64,000 nt of DNA from an uncultured bacterium (lineage in GTDB: Bacteria > Poribacteria > WGA-4E > PCPOR2b). Under the pieces are notes generated by a model. The model was not told the DNA's origin. It saw only the letters and a program-made list of their open reading frames with translations, and ran no database searches. The DNA is taken from contig CAZOAL010000020.1 of the NCBI GenBank assembly GCA_964577695.1, forward strand, positions 72,121-136,120, written 5' to 3'. Shown here one piece after another: positions 49,148 to 58,634 of this stretch (its first letter is position 1; the number at the start of each line of letters is the position of its first letter). A program made the translations under genes and the position numbers.

Positions 49148-49423
49148 ATGGCAACGGTTACCATAGAAATTCCCGATGAACTTGCAGAACAGTTCAATAG
49201 CGTGGACGAGATTCGTCGAGCCGTGTATGAAGATTTCATCATTGAGCAACGCCAAAAAGGAAATCTCAGCTTTGGTCAAGCAGCAGAACTGCTTGGAATC
49301 ACCTACACTGAGTTCTTTGACCTTCTTGGAAAGAAAGGGGTTTCCTTTATCAATGCAACACCTGACGAACTGAATGAAAGCTACCGTCGGTTTGAGGGGA
49401 TTATGGAGCAAACAGGCACATGA
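49148..49423 (+). CDS. UPF0175-family antitoxin-like protein
   Basis: VTIEIPDELAEQF...LSFGQAAELLGI HTH-like region. Overlaps the downstream DUF3368 gene by 4 nt. Confidence 0.5.
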   Translation: MATVTIEIPDELAEQFNSVDEIRRAVYEDFIIEQRQKGNLSFGQAAELLGITYTEFFDLLGKKGVSFINATPDELNESYRRFEGIMEQTGT

Positions 49424-49863
49424 TTGTTATTTCAAATGCAAGCCCACTCATTGCTTTGAGTCGGATTGACCTCTTACATCTTCTCAAAGATCTATTTGCT
49501 GACGTGTATATTCCTGACGCGGTTTACCAAGAAACCGTCACAAATTGTGATATTATCCTTCAGAAAACCCGAATATCACAGGCAACTCATGAGTTTATCA
49601 AGGTTGTTGTACCCACGGTTCGACATGTATTTTCAAGGCGTCTCGGAGCAGGTGAACAGGGAGTACTCAATCTCGCCCTGGAGAAACACGCTCAACTGGT
49701 CCTAATCGATGATAAGAAGGCGAGACGTGAAGCGCTTGAATTGGGGTTGGTTCCAGCGTTTACGACAGACATCCTCAAGAGAGCCGAACATCAAAGATTA
49801 ATTGTCTCATATCAGCAGGTGGTGCAGGCTCTTCAGAAGTTGGGTATATATTTGCCGGAGTAG
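49420..49863 (+). CDS. DUF3368 (PIN-like) toxin-like protein
   Basis: 147 aa, MIVISNASPLIALSRIDLLHLL. Classic UPF0175/DUF3368 gene pair. Confidence 0.5.
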   Translation: MIVISNASPLIALSRIDLLHLLKDLFADVYIPDAVYQETVTNCDIILQKTRISQATHEFIKVVVPTVRHVFSRRLGAGEQGVLNLALEKHAQLVLIDDKKARREALELGLVPAFTTDILKRAEHQRLIVSYQQVVQALQKLGIYLPE

Positions 49864-49906
49864 TCAGATTAAGGTCATGTCGGAACCATCGAAGGGAAGG
49901 GGATAT

Positions 49907-50066
49907 GCCTAACCCGCTGTTGCAGTTGACGGTCCGATGGATTGGACGAGCCCGGGGAACTGTGGTTTTATGAATGTTTTCTGGGTTGCAGCAGGTTTTG
50001 GTTTGTCGGACGTTTTTCGGCAAACCCCCGCCGTGCTCGTCCGTGCAGCGGACAACTGAACTTATC
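49907..50066 (+). repeat. attC-like site 4 (R' end degenerate)
   Basis: GCCTAACCCGCTGTTGCAGTTGACGGTCCGATGGATTGGACGAGCCCGG...CCGTGCTCGTCCGTGCAGCGGACAACTGAACTT, lacking the canonical GGGTCGTTAGGC core. Confidence 0.5.
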
Positions 50067-50138
50067 ATACCAGGCTGAAGATGAACCAACCACATAAAGT
50101 AAACGCCTATCTGTTACCTTATGCGTAAACGAATCTAC

Positions 50139-50594
50139 ATGGAAACCACTATACCAAGTTACCTTACTGCTCGACCCAGCCGAGATATAGTCCAAGCCGC
50201 ACGGCAACAACTGACACGCGAGTGGTGGGATTCAGAACGGCACAGCTACGTTCTTTGCATATCGCAAATTGTATTAGACGAAGCCGCGGCAGGTAATGAA
50301 GATGCCGCACAAAGACGCATGGCGGTGTTAGCTGATTTGCCGTTGCTTGACCTGACGTTAGATGTCGATGAATTGGCCTTAAAAATTATGGCATCTGGGC
50401 TGCTTCCAGAGAGAGCATCTCGTGATGCCATTCATATCGCTGTGGCATGTGTTCATCATGTGGATTTTCTGTTAACGTGGAATTGTAGACATATTGCCAA
50501 CGCGACCATACTCAGAGATTTGCAGAACATTATCGTTGATGCCGGCTATGAAATGCCCGTGATATGTACGCCTGAAGAATTGATAGGAGATTAA
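50139..50594 (+). CDS. PIN-domain protein (VapC-like)
   Basis: About 150 aa, IYMETTIPSYL...DAIHIAVA.... Confidence 0.5.
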   Translation: METTIPSYLTARPSRDIVQAARQQLTREWWDSERHSYVLCISQIVLDEAAAGNEDAAQRRMAVLADLPLLDLTLDVDELALKIMASGLLPERASRDAIHIAVACVHHVDFLLTWNCRHIANATILRDLQNIIVDAGYEMPVICTPEELIGD

Positions 50595-50595
50595 A

Positions 50596-50781
50596 ATGGC
50601 AGTCATAGACATTGAGAAAATAAAGACACAAGATGAAGTCATTTTGGAAGTTAGAAAGATTAAGGACGATTTGGCTAGTGCCTTTTCTTATGATATTAAG
50701 AAAATGCTGGCTGAGGCAAGACTCAGACAGAAGGTAAGCTGTCGCACAGTTGTATCGCCATCTGCCAAGAAGGATGCCTAA
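50596..50781 (+). CDS. small hypothetical protein following the PIN gene
   Basis: 61 aa. Stop TAA lies inside the inverse core of attC 5. Confidence 0.35.
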   Translation: MAVIDIEKIKTQDEVILEVRKIKDDLASAFSYDIKKMLAEARLRQKVSCRTVVSPSAKKDA

Positions 50782-50957
50782 CCAGCCGTTGCAGTCTTCT
50801 TAGTCCCGATTTATCGGGGTGACGGCGGGGCGGGGAATTTCGGATTGCGGATTATGAAGACGGTACAATCCGCAATCGCCAATCCGAAATCCGAAATCGT
50901 CAGCCCCCGCCGTGCTCGTCCGAGAATCGGACCGCAACTGAACTTTTTTCGTTAGGC
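50776..50957 (+). repeat. attC-like site 5 (182 bp)
   Basis: GCCTAACCAGCCGTTGCAG...CCGCCGTGCTCGTCCGAGAATCGGACCGCAACTGAACTTTTTTCGTTAGGC, with several internal hairpins. Confidence 0.6.
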
Positions 50958-50966
50958 AGCAAAGAG

Positions 50967-51200
50967 GTGATTGATATGGAAGTCATGGAATTAATACCAC
51001 AACTGCGCCAATTAAGCCACGCTGATAAGTTATATGTCATGCAGTTCTTGGCATCCGAACTGGCTCAAGAACAAACTGACCTCCTTCAACCAAATCTGAA
51101 CTATCCAGTTTGGTCTCCTTATGATGCCTTTGAAGCTGCCAACACAATGCTTCAGGTATTGAAAGCAGCCGAGCCGTTGAGGACAGAGCCTGATGCATGA
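50967..51200 (+). CDS. small protein, first gene of the aspartyl-protease cassette (copy 2)
   Basis: Near-identical duplicate of 47692..47925. Confidence 0.5.
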   Translation: MIDMEVMELIPQLRQLSHADKLYVMQFLASELAQEQTDLLQPNLNYPVWSPYDAFEAANTMLQVLKAAEPLRTEPDA

Positions 51201-51606
51201 TAGCGAACAATACCCGTTTACTCCTGCTGATAGCACACTTGGCGAAGCCAGTCTCCGACCATACTTGCCAATCACATTGACCTATCAAGGACAATCAGTA
51301 ACGATTTCAGGTTTGCTTGATACGGGTTCTATGGTTAATGTATTGCCTTATCAAGTGGGCGTGGAGCTAGGAGCAGTATGGGAACAACAGAAGACACCGC
51401 TTCAGTTGACAGGTAATCTGGCAAGATATGAAGCACGGGCACTGGTTGTCTCTGCAACCGTTGGGCGGTTTGAACCTGTGCAACTTGTATTTGCTTGGAC
51501 TCAAATCACAGATGTTCCATTGCTGTTGGGGCAAGTCAACTTCTTCATGGAATTTGATGTTTGCTTCTATCGCTCCCAGCTGTCCTTCGAGGTTCGCCCC
51601 AAATAG
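51193..51606 (+). CDS. retropepsin-like (clan AA) aspartyl protease
   Basis: 137 aa with LLDTGSMVNVL active-site motif. Translationally coupled to the upstream small gene. Confidence 0.55.
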   Translation: MHDSEQYPFTPADSTLGEASLRPYLPITLTYQGQSVTISGLLDTGSMVNVLPYQVGVELGAVWEQQKTPLQLTGNLARYEARALVVSATVGRFEPVQLVFAWTQITDVPLLLGQVNFFMEFDVCFYRSQLSFEVRPK

Positions 51607-51629
51607 GTTTCTTCTTGAGAGATATAGCG

Positions 51630-51759
51630 GCCTACCTAGTCGTTGCAGTTGACGGCGGAATCTGTGGTTTTTGAAAGTCTATCGGTAAACAGCAGGCTTT
51701 GGGTTTGTCGGACGTTTTTCGGCAAATCCCCCGCCGCGGCTGAACTTGGGTCGTTAGGC
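51630..51759 (+). repeat. attC-like site 6 (130 bp)
   Basis: GCCTACCTAGTCGTTGCAGTTGACGG...CCGCCGCGGCTGAACTTGGGTCGTTAGGC. Confidence 0.55.
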
Positions 51760-51802
51760 TGAAGGATAGAATCTCTACCGTACACGATCAGTTGGTGGCC
51801 AA

Positions 51803-52090
51803 ATGCCTCAATATGGTTGGTACCGGTTTGAGTGGGATGATGAAAATCAGAAAAACGGGAACGTCCAGCATTTGCGCGATCACGGTATCGAGCCAGAAGA
51901 AGCAGAGGAATGTTTTTCCCACGACTATCAATGGTGTCGAGATGAGTGGCGATTTGATGATGTCTACATTTTAGACGGCAGAACAGATCGCGGAAGACGG
52001 TTGCGTCTGGTTTTCCAGGATAAAGGGAACGGGCTTGCCCGGGTGTTTACCGGTTGGGATTTGAAACGGAAAAAGAGGAGGAAAAGATGA
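51803..52090 (+). CDS. brnT: BrnT-like toxin (DUF497), cassette-encoded
   Basis: FEWDDENQKNGNVQHLRDHGIEPEEAEECF. Confidence 0.6.
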   Translation: MPQYGWYRFEWDDENQKNGNVQHLRDHGIEPEEAEECFSHDYQWCRDEWRFDDVYILDGRTDRGRRLRLVFQDKGNGLARVFTGWDLKRKKRRKR

Positions 52091-52404
52091 AAAAACAATT
52101 CAGCGATTTATCCAAAGCCGAACAGGAAAAAATCGAACTGGAATATCATCATAAGAATCCGGCTGAATTTGATGACCTGATGTCTCAGACCCAAACCTAC
52201 ACCACTGCGTCGATCCGTTTGCCCGGTGAGTTGGTTGAAACGTTGAAAGTGGTAGCGAAGTTGGAGGGTGAACGGGGGTATCAGTCAATGGTGAGAAAAT
52301 GGATCACCGAGCACTTGCAACAAGAGGCCCGACTGGCGTTGCGATTGTCAGAGATGCCTCTCAAAGAGGTTGTCGCGGTTTTGGAGGGGCAACTCACCAA
52401 ATGA
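52087..52404 (+). CDS. brnA: BrnA-like antitoxin, cassette-encoded
   Basis: 106 aa from MKKQF with an AAAGAGGAGG RBS. Overlaps the brnT stop. C-terminal RHH-like region. Confidence 0.5.
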   Translation: MKKQFSDLSKAEQEKIELEYHHKNPAEFDDLMSQTQTYTTASIRLPGELVETLKVVAKLEGERGYQSMVRKWITEHLQQEARLALRLSEMPLKEVVAVLEGQLTK

Positions 52405-52417
52405 GTGCTTCGGCCGT

Positions 52418-52476
52418 GCCTAACCAGCCGTTGCAGTTGACGGTCCGAGAATCGGACAACTGAACTTTGTTCGTCC
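52418..52476 (+). repeat. attC-like site 7 (short, 59 bp, core degenerate)
   Basis: GCCTAACCAGCCGTTGCAGTTGACGGTCCGAGAATCGGACAACTGAACTTTGTTCG. Confidence 0.45.
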
Positions 52477-52495
52477 GGAGGATAGAGAGCACATT

Positions 52496-52729
52496 ATGGA
52501 GGTCAAACTATCAAAGGAGATTCCAATCATGTCAAATGTAGAGGAAATTAAAGTCGCCATCGAAGCCCTTCCTGAAGCGGATTATGTCCGATTGAGGCAA
52601 TGGTTTACTGAAAAAGACTGGGAAAAATGGGATAGACAGATCGAGGCAGACTCAAAGTCAGGAAAATTGGATTTCTTAATCGCAGAAGCCCTTGAAGAAA
52701 AAACGAAGGGAACACTCAAGGAGCTTTAA
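52496..52729 (+). CDS. putative addiction-module antitoxin-like small protein
   Basis: 77 aa, acidic and helical. Immediately followed by a possible degenerate RelE/ParE-like ORF. Confidence 0.35.
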   Translation: MEVKLSKEIPIMSNVEEIKVAIEALPEADYVRLRQWFTEKDWEKWDRQIEADSKSGKLDFLIAEALEEKTKGTLKEL

Positions 52730-52963
52730 ATGCACCGAACAACCAGTCGCTTCTGGAGATGTTTCGAGGAACTTCCGGAATCGGTTCAAACGAAGTTCTC
52801 GTCTCGGCAATGCACGGTTTTCAGTCGTTGGTTTGAATCGTTACGTGGCGGCAAGTATGTCGTCGTCGTTGTGGTCAGCCATCCTGCGCCAAAGGCGCGT
52901 CATTGGATTATTACAGCTTATATCGCCAGAGAATTGGCAAAGGAAGTGGAGGTAAGAGAATAA
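52730..52963 (+). CDS. possible degenerate RelE/ParE-like toxin
   Basis: 77 aa. Starts 1 nt after the previous stop. Contains a GTC-repeat (VVVVV) stretch. Confidence 0.25.
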   Translation: MHRTTSRFWRCFEELPESVQTKFSSRQCTVFSRWFESLRGGKYVVVVVVSHPAPKARHWIITAYIARELAKEVEVRE

Positions 52964-53127
52964 TTCACAATAATAAAGATAGGACTTACCTTGACTTTGG
53001 TAAATTAAACTGGCGATCCAGTCGTAGAGCATGCGGCTCGCTTGTTCAAAACTTCGGTGAACCAGCCAGCGGCAGGCTCTACATGCCGATCGTTCCCCTA
53101 ATGTAACAAAGTCAAGTTACGCACTTC

Positions 53128-53192
53128 ATCACTTACTTTTACAATTGCGTGTCAAAGCCACGCCTGAAGAATTTCCTCTCATTTCAATGTTA
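53128..53192. repeat. approximately 60-bp duplicate of cassette sequence 48775..48845 abutting the gltD start
   Basis: ACTTTTACAATTGCGTGTCAAAGCCACGCCTGAAGAATT(T/C)CCTCTCATTTCAA is present at both loci. 52962..52985 also repeats 48730..48753. Confidence 0.6.
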
Positions 53193-53227
53193 TCTCTCAT
53201 TAATAAATTTCAAGGAGGCTAAAAATT

Positions 53228-54709
53228 ATGGGTAAAACCACGGGATTCATGGAATACAGTCGGAAAAAAGTTTATGAGCGTGTGCCTAAGGAACGTATCA
53301 AAGACTTCGATCTGTTCCTAATCCCACTTGATGAGGAGGAACGTCGTATTCAAGGTGCTCGTTGTATGGACTGCGGCATCCCATTTTGCCAGTCTGCCGC
53401 GGGGTGCCCCATCGACAACCTGATTCCCGAATGGAACGACCTCGTTTACCGCGGTCACTGGCGTGAAGCACTAGACCGACTCCACAAAACCAATAACTTC
53501 CCCGAGTTCACCGGTCTGGTTTGCCCGGCACCGTGCGAGGGGGCCTGCTGCCTGGGCATCAACGAGCTGCCCGTCACTATCAAGAACAACGAATATGCTA
53601 TCATCGAGCGTGGCTTTGAAGAGGGGTGGGTTCGACCCAATCCGCCTCGACATCGTACAGGCAAGAAAGTGGTAATCATTGGATCCGGTCCAGCCGGTCT
53701 GGCAGCCGCCGATCAACTCAACAAGGTCGGTCACACGGTAACGGTATATGAACGTGCAGACCGCATCGGGGGGCTACTGATGTACGGCATTCCAAACATG
53801 AAACTCGACAAGCGAATCGTCCAACGTCGTCTGGATGTCATGGCGGCCGAAGGTGTCGAGTTTGTTACCAACGCCCATGTCGGTGTCAATGTCGATGTCA
53901 CTATTTTGCGTGAGACGTTCGACGCGATTGTGCTCGCTTGTGGGGCGATCCACCCGCGTGATTTGCGCGTCCCGGGTCGTGAACTTCAGGGGATTCATTT
54001 TGCCGTGAAATTCCTGCACGAGAATACGAAGAGTCTATTGGATTCCGACCTTAAGGATGGGCAGTATATTTCAGCCAAGGACAAGCACGTCATCGTCATC
54101 GGCGGCGGGGATACGGGCAATGATTGCCTCGGCACATCGATGCGTCATGGGTGCAGGAGCCTGACCAACTTTGAGATCTTGCCTGAACCGCCTGCCGAAC
54201 GCGCTCCCGATAATCCTTGGCCACAGTATCCACGAATCTATCGTGTCGATTATGGCCATGAGGAAGCGGCATACGTGTTCGGCAAAGACCCGCGTGAATA
54301 CTGTATATTGACCAAAGCGTTTGTCGGCGACGGTAATGGAAATGTCAAGACTGCTCGCACCGTACGCGTTGGGTGGGAAAAAGATGAAAGTGGCAGATTC
54401 CAGATGAAAGAGATAGTGGGCAGCGAAGAGGAATGGCCTGCCGATCTCGTGTTTCTAGCCATGGGTTTTCTGGGACCCGAAGAAATCCTTGTGAAGCAAT
54501 TTGGCTTGGAGACCGATCCCCGCTCCAACATGAAGGCTGAATATGGCCGATTTGCGACCAGCATTGACGGAATCTTCGCCGCTGGCGATTGCCGACGCGG
54601 TCAGTCATTGGTGGTGTGGGCAATCGCTGAAGGACGTGGTGCCGCCCATGCCGTTGATAAATACTTGATGGGCTCCTCCGCCCTGCCAATCCCCGGTATG
54701 ATACTTTGA
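53228..54709 (+). CDS. gltD: glutamate synthase small (NADPH) subunit
   Basis: N-terminal Cys cluster CMDCGIPFC...[23 protein letters not shown] dinucleotide fold. Strong GGAGG RBS. Confidence 0.9.
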   Translation: MGKTTGFMEYSRKKVYERVPKERIKDFDLFLIPLDEEERRIQGARCMDCGIPFCQSAAGCPIDNLIPEWNDLVYRGHWREALDRLHKTNNFPEFTGLVCPAPCEGACCLGINELPVTIKNNEYAIIERGFEEGWVRPNPPRHRTGKKVVIIGSGPAGLAAADQLNKVGHTVTVYERADRIGGLLMYGIPNMKLDKRIVQRRLDVMAAEGVEFVTNAHVGVNVDVTILRETFDAIVLACGAIHPRDLRVPGRELQGIHFAVKFLHENTKSLLDSDLKDGQYISAKDKHVIVIGGGDTGNDCLGTSMRHGCRSLTNFEILPEPPAERAPDNPWPQYPRIYRVDYGHEEAAYVFGKDPREYCILTKAFVGDGNGNVKTARTVRVGWEKDESGRFQMKEIVGSEEEWPADLVFLAMGFLGPEEILVKQFGLETDPRSNMKAEYGRFATSIDGIFAAGDCRRGQSLVVWAIAEGRGAAHAVDKYLMGSSALPIPGMIL

Positions 54710-54987
54710 GCCTTGAGATGATATACGGACGGTAACGCGACAACGAATTGAGGAAAGAACGAATTCGTGGTTTCCCCAATTTGCTGTCGTGCGCCATTCA
54801 CTTGTATACCCTCATATTGATTCTTAACCTAAGTTGCCACCTATCACGAAAATCGTCTGTAGTCTAGCCCCCCCGATAGATCGGCCTGTCCCGATCCCTC
54901 GGGGGGCAGGCGTGTGGGCGTCGATTGACCCAAACGCCCACGAGGGGCTAGACTACGACTGCACTTTCCCGAGTTCGTCAACACAGC

Positions 54988-55335
54988 CTAAACCTTTTCA
55001 AGGGTATCTGTCGAGATCTGAACCTTTCCGCTCATTGTGCGAACACGCAGATCGATTGCCGGTGAATCCCACGGGAGCGTGCCAACGTAGATTCGATGTC
55101 CATCGCTGTAATGCGGTCCCGTCTGTTGAGTTTCCCAGCCACCGTAGTCAATGCAACCGTATTCCGTTTCCAGCCCAACGTTGAATTTGGCTGCTGCCTC
55201 ACGGGACAAGGTAATCGAGATGTTCCCCGTCGTTGAGTCAAACTTCAATGTGCTCCCTTCGTGAGGGATGTCGATATGTGCTGTCGTATTCCCCGCCATA
55301 TTTTTGACATCCATCCCACTCCGCACGCCCTTCAC
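54988..55335 (-). CDS. hypothetical protein (frame open further upstream without ATG)
   Basis: 115 aa from ATG. A TATAAT-like -10 lies about 60 bp upstream on the minus strand. Confidence 0.35.
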   Translation of the reverse strand: MKGVRSGMDVKNMAGNTTAHIDIPHEGSTLKFDSTTGNISITLSREAAAKFNVGLETEYGCIDYGGWETQQTGPHYSDGHRIYVGTLPWDSPAIDLRVRTMSGKVQISTDTLEKV

Positions 55336-55497
55336 CTCAACGTTGAACTTCGAGCAATCCAGACGTAGCTCGCCGCTGACGTTCTCGATCTTGACGGTGG
55401 GGACTTCCCCCAGACGTAATGGATTTCAAAATAAGATCCGATTATAGCGAACCTTTTTTTATGAATTTCGTATTTATTAAAAGAGGGAGATTTCAAG

Positions 55498-56526
55498 ATG
55501 AATAGCGTTATATCAGATGCAGAGTTCGTCTATCGAACGCTGGAGGGAGATTTCGAGGCGTTTGGTGCTTTGGTGCAGCGGTATCAGGAGATGGTCTACG
55601 GAGTGGCTTACTCTTATGTGCGAAACTTCCGCGACGCTCAGGATGTGACCCAGGAAGTCCTGATTAAGGCGTATCAAAATCTGGCGAAGTATGACACGAA
55701 ACGTCCGTTTGGTGCTTGGCTCTACGTCATAGCGAAAAGAACCGCCTTAGATTGGCTCAGAACCCAAAGCCCCACCACTGAAATAGAGATTGAAACCGAG
55801 AGGGACACCAAGGAAATTGCTGATACGGCTCCAGGCCCGGAGGCCATCGCTGAAAAACGTGAGATGGAACACCTGCTACGCAAGGCGCTGGAGTCTCTCT
55901 CCGATGTGAACCGGGAGACGTTCTGTCTTTACCACGTCAACGGTTACTCTATTCAGGAGATTAGCCAATTCCTCGCTGTACCAATAGGAACGGTGAAACG
56001 CCGATTACACGTTTCCCGAAAGCAACTTCATGAGGAGGTTATGAGAATGGTAGAGGAGACGTTTGATCAAAACAAGCTGACATGGAAGTTTACACAAGGC
56101 GTGGTCGATAAGGTGAAGAACTTAAAAAATCGTTTACCGGGTTATATCCCCCAGGAGTTCATGGAACTCGTCCAGATGACAGTTGATGAGTTAAACGAGA
56201 GGCAGAAAAAGCTGCTTCGTTCGCTTGCTGACGTCCTTTCCGTAGACTTGGAGAAGTTCAAGCTGGACCAGGAGCACCTTGTTTCCGTCGCCGAATTGCT
56301 TCCTGAGCAGAGGGATTATCTCTATCAGACACTCCATGAACTTGAGCTGATAACAATTATCAGTATGTTAAAACGAGGTACAAGTTTCACCCCTCTGATT
56401 GAGGATTTTCAGTCCATTCAGGTAGCGTTTGGGCTATACGACACCTCAGATTATCGTCCTTATGTCCGATTCTTTCGCCGCAATCCCGATGGGTCTCAGC
56501 ACTCCATCAAGATAAATGCAACATAG
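55498..56526 (+). CDS. ECF sigma-70 factor with about 150-aa C-terminal extension
   Basis: Region 2 (AYSYVRNFRDAQDVTQEVLIKAY) and region 4 (ETFCLYHVNGYSIQEISQFLAVPIGTVKRRLHVSRKQL). Confidence 0.75.
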   Translation: MNSVISDAEFVYRTLEGDFEAFGALVQRYQEMVYGVAYSYVRNFRDAQDVTQEVLIKAYQNLAKYDTKRPFGAWLYVIAKRTALDWLRTQSPTTEIEIETERDTKEIADTAPGPEAIAEKREMEHLLRKALESLSDVNRETFCLYHVNGYSIQEISQFLAVPIGTVKRRLHVSRKQLHEEVMRMVEETFDQNKLTWKFTQGVVDKVKNLKNRLPGYIPQEFMELVQMTVDELNERQKKLLRSLADVLSVDLEKFKLDQEHLVSVAELLPEQRDYLYQTLHELELITIISMLKRGTSFTPLIEDFQSIQVAFGLYDTSDYRPYVRFFRRNPDGSQHSIKINAT

Positions 56527-56534
56527 GAGGTCTT

Positions 56535-58205
56535 ATGAAGCAGCAGAATTCAGTTCTTGGAGCTTTTCTGAGCGTAGTTCAGCCATCCGTCGTATACGGC
56601 GCAAATATAGGAATGGATTCCTTCCTGAAGGCTTTATTGAAGCATAGCTCCTTCGATGAAATCCATATATTCTTCGATGCAATCTCCTTAATCAATTCCC
56701 AACAGAGCCTGAGCGAACTCCTCAAATCGAGAGAAGAGTTTTCAAAGCTGAAACTTAAAAATCTTCTTGACCTTTCAAGAGACCTCCAGGATGGAAACTA
56801 CGTCGCTTTCTATCAGGGAAATCCCTTCATTGGCAATCTCAGCTACCTTAGAAGCGAGTTTTCCGGTTTTAACTTCCCTGTCACTGGCACCGCGCACACC
56901 ATCAGTTATCATTTCGTCCTTGTTGACCTGTTTTTAACTTTTGCCTCAAGGATACAGCCTTTTGATTCAATCGTATGCACAAGTAGAGCTCAGAAGAAGG
57001 CACTGGCGGAACTTTTCTTAATTGCATCCGAAAACTTAAAATCCAGCTTAGGGGTTGAGCCTTCATACGGTGGAAGATTGGATATTATCCCTTTCGGCGT
57101 TGACTCGGTACTCTATCATCCGAGGGATAAAGAGGATTTGCGCAATCAGCTTGAACTGCCGAAAGAGAAGCTTATTATTCTCTGGGTTGGAAGGTTCTCA
57201 GCTTACGACAAGGTTGATCTTTGTCCTCTCCTCCTTGTTTTTAAGGAGATTCTTGAAAAGGAAGCAGATGTGGTCTTGCTGCTTGCCGGAGATGACAAGC
57301 ACAAGTATGCTGGGAAAGTAAAGGTTTTTGCGGATGAGCTTGGAATAGCTGATAAAATCATTATTATGACCGACCCTCCATTGAAGCTTGTGCCTTTGCT
57401 TTATTCCGCCTGTGATATCTTCCTTGCTCCAAGCGATAACCTTCAGGAGACTTTTGGACTTGTGGTTATAGAGGCAATGGCGTCAGGACTGCCGGTAGTC
57501 GTATCAGACTTTGACGGTTACAGAGAACTTGTGATTCACAATGAGACCGGCTTCGTCGTTCCGACATACTGGGCAAAGTGTGATCAGATGATAAATTCCG
57601 CTGCTCCTCTCTCATCATGGCTCTTGAGCCACCTCTACCTGAGTCAATCAATCTGTGTAGATTTTACCAAGATGAGAGAATATGTCCTTGTCCTTGTTGA
57701 GAACCCCGAGCTCAGGCGAAAGATGGGTGAAGCGGGGAGAAAGCGTGTGCTTGAAAATTACGATTGGCATATCATCATCAAGCAGTATGAGGAACTGTGG
57801 AGAGAGTTGAGCCAGGAAGCCAAAGGAGTGGAGCAGATTCAATCAGGAGCTTTGTTCAAACCGCAGTATTTCAGGGCTTTTAAGCATTACACGACTTCTC
57901 TATTAGATGAGGAGAGCGAGATCAATCTGAGCGAGAGAGGAAAAGACCTCCTTGGGGAGAAGGCAAAACCCGTTGATTTTTACGCAGAGATGGGTGTTTT
58001 GCTCAACCCTGGCGTTATGGAAGGAGTCATTGTTACACTTGGTGAGGGTGGATGGATGAAAGTTGGGAATGTCGTAAGGAAGATGGAGGAAGTGTATGGC
58101 ATTGCTTCAGAGATGGCAATTTATCAGATTATGTGGATGATGAAATATGGGGTTTTAGAAGCGAAAACCGGTAACTTGAGCAATCATGTTGATATTGAGT
58201 CTTAG
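56535..58205 (+). CDS. glycosyltransferase family 4 (GT-B) with long N-terminal domain
   Basis: ETFGLVVIEAMASGLPVVVSD (EX7E motif). Confidence 0.75.
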   Translation: MKQQNSVLGAFLSVVQPSVVYGANIGMDSFLKALLKHSSFDEIHIFFDAISLINSQQSLSELLKSREEFSKLKLKNLLDLSRDLQDGNYVAFYQGNPFIGNLSYLRSEFSGFNFPVTGTAHTISYHFVLVDLFLTFASRIQPFDSIVCTSRAQKKALAELFLIASENLKSSLGVEPSYGGRLDIIPFGVDSVLYHPRDKEDLRNQLELPKEKLIILWVGRFSAYDKVDLCPLLLVFKEILEKEADVVLLLAGDDKHKYAGKVKVFADELGIADKIIIMTDPPLKLVPLLYSACDIFLAPSDNLQETFGLVVIEAMASGLPVVVSDFDGYRELVIHNETGFVVPTYWAKCDQMINSAAPLSSWLLSHLYLSQSICVDFTKMREYVLVLVENPELRRKMGEAGRKRVLENYDWHIIIKQYEELWRELSQEAKGVEQIQSGALFKPQYFRAFKHYTTSLLDEESEINLSERGKDLLGEKAKPVDFYAEMGVLLNPGVMEGVIVTLGEGGWMKVGNVVRKMEEVYGIASEMAIYQIMWMMKYGVLEAKTGNLSNHVDIES

Positions 58206-58266
58206 AACTGACATTCCACGATGCGGGATGTCGATAGCACAAAAAGAAAGAAGGAGGTGTTTTGAG

Positions 58267-58497
58267 ATGGAAGCGAAAGTCGAGAGGAGAGATTTCCTGA
58301 AGAAAGTCCCGCTTTTCGGTGCAGGTCTAGCTCTGAGTCTGATTCCCCTGGCTGCTGTTGGCGAGACGCCGCAGATGGGGAAGCTTTCGGAAAATTACTT
58401 TGCCGCCTCATGCAGCCCTACCGGAGTTACGAACTGCAATCCAGGTGTTAACGGAAGTTGTGGGCCTGGAACTATCAATTGCGGTACAGGAGCATAA
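58267..58497 (+). CDS. small Cys-rich peptide with twin-arginine (Tat) signal-like leader; candidate RiPP precursor
   Basis: MEAKVERRDFLKKVPLFGAGLALSLIPLAAVG leader with RRDFLK. Core ...AASCSPTGVTNCNPGVNGSCGPGTINCGTGA has 5 Cys. GAAGGAGG RBS 7 nt upstream. Confidence 0.5.
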   Translation: MEAKVERRDFLKKVPLFGAGLALSLIPLAAVGETPQMGKLSENYFAASCSPTGVTNCNPGVNGSCGPGTINCGTGA

Positions 58498-58634
58498 TCT
58501 GGAAGCATAAATCGAGAGCGTGCTCCAAGTTGGCACATTTGTAGATGCGGAAGAGGGGAAAGCGGTGGTATTTTTCCCCCTTCCGCTCTCAGAATGAACA
58601 AGGTCAAAGCAGCAAAGAAGATTGGAGGGTTGAT

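Larger units (their letters stand above)
44169..53227 (+). mobile_element. integron-type gene cassette array without adjacent integron-integrase (CALIN-like), inserted between gltB and gltD
   Basis: At least 7 homologous attC-like sites with inverse core GCCTAAC and core GTTAGGC/T, all in one orientation. Cassette ORFs are all on the + strand. Stop codons fall inside inverse cores. No tyrosine-recombinase ORF in the flanks. Confidence 0.7.
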
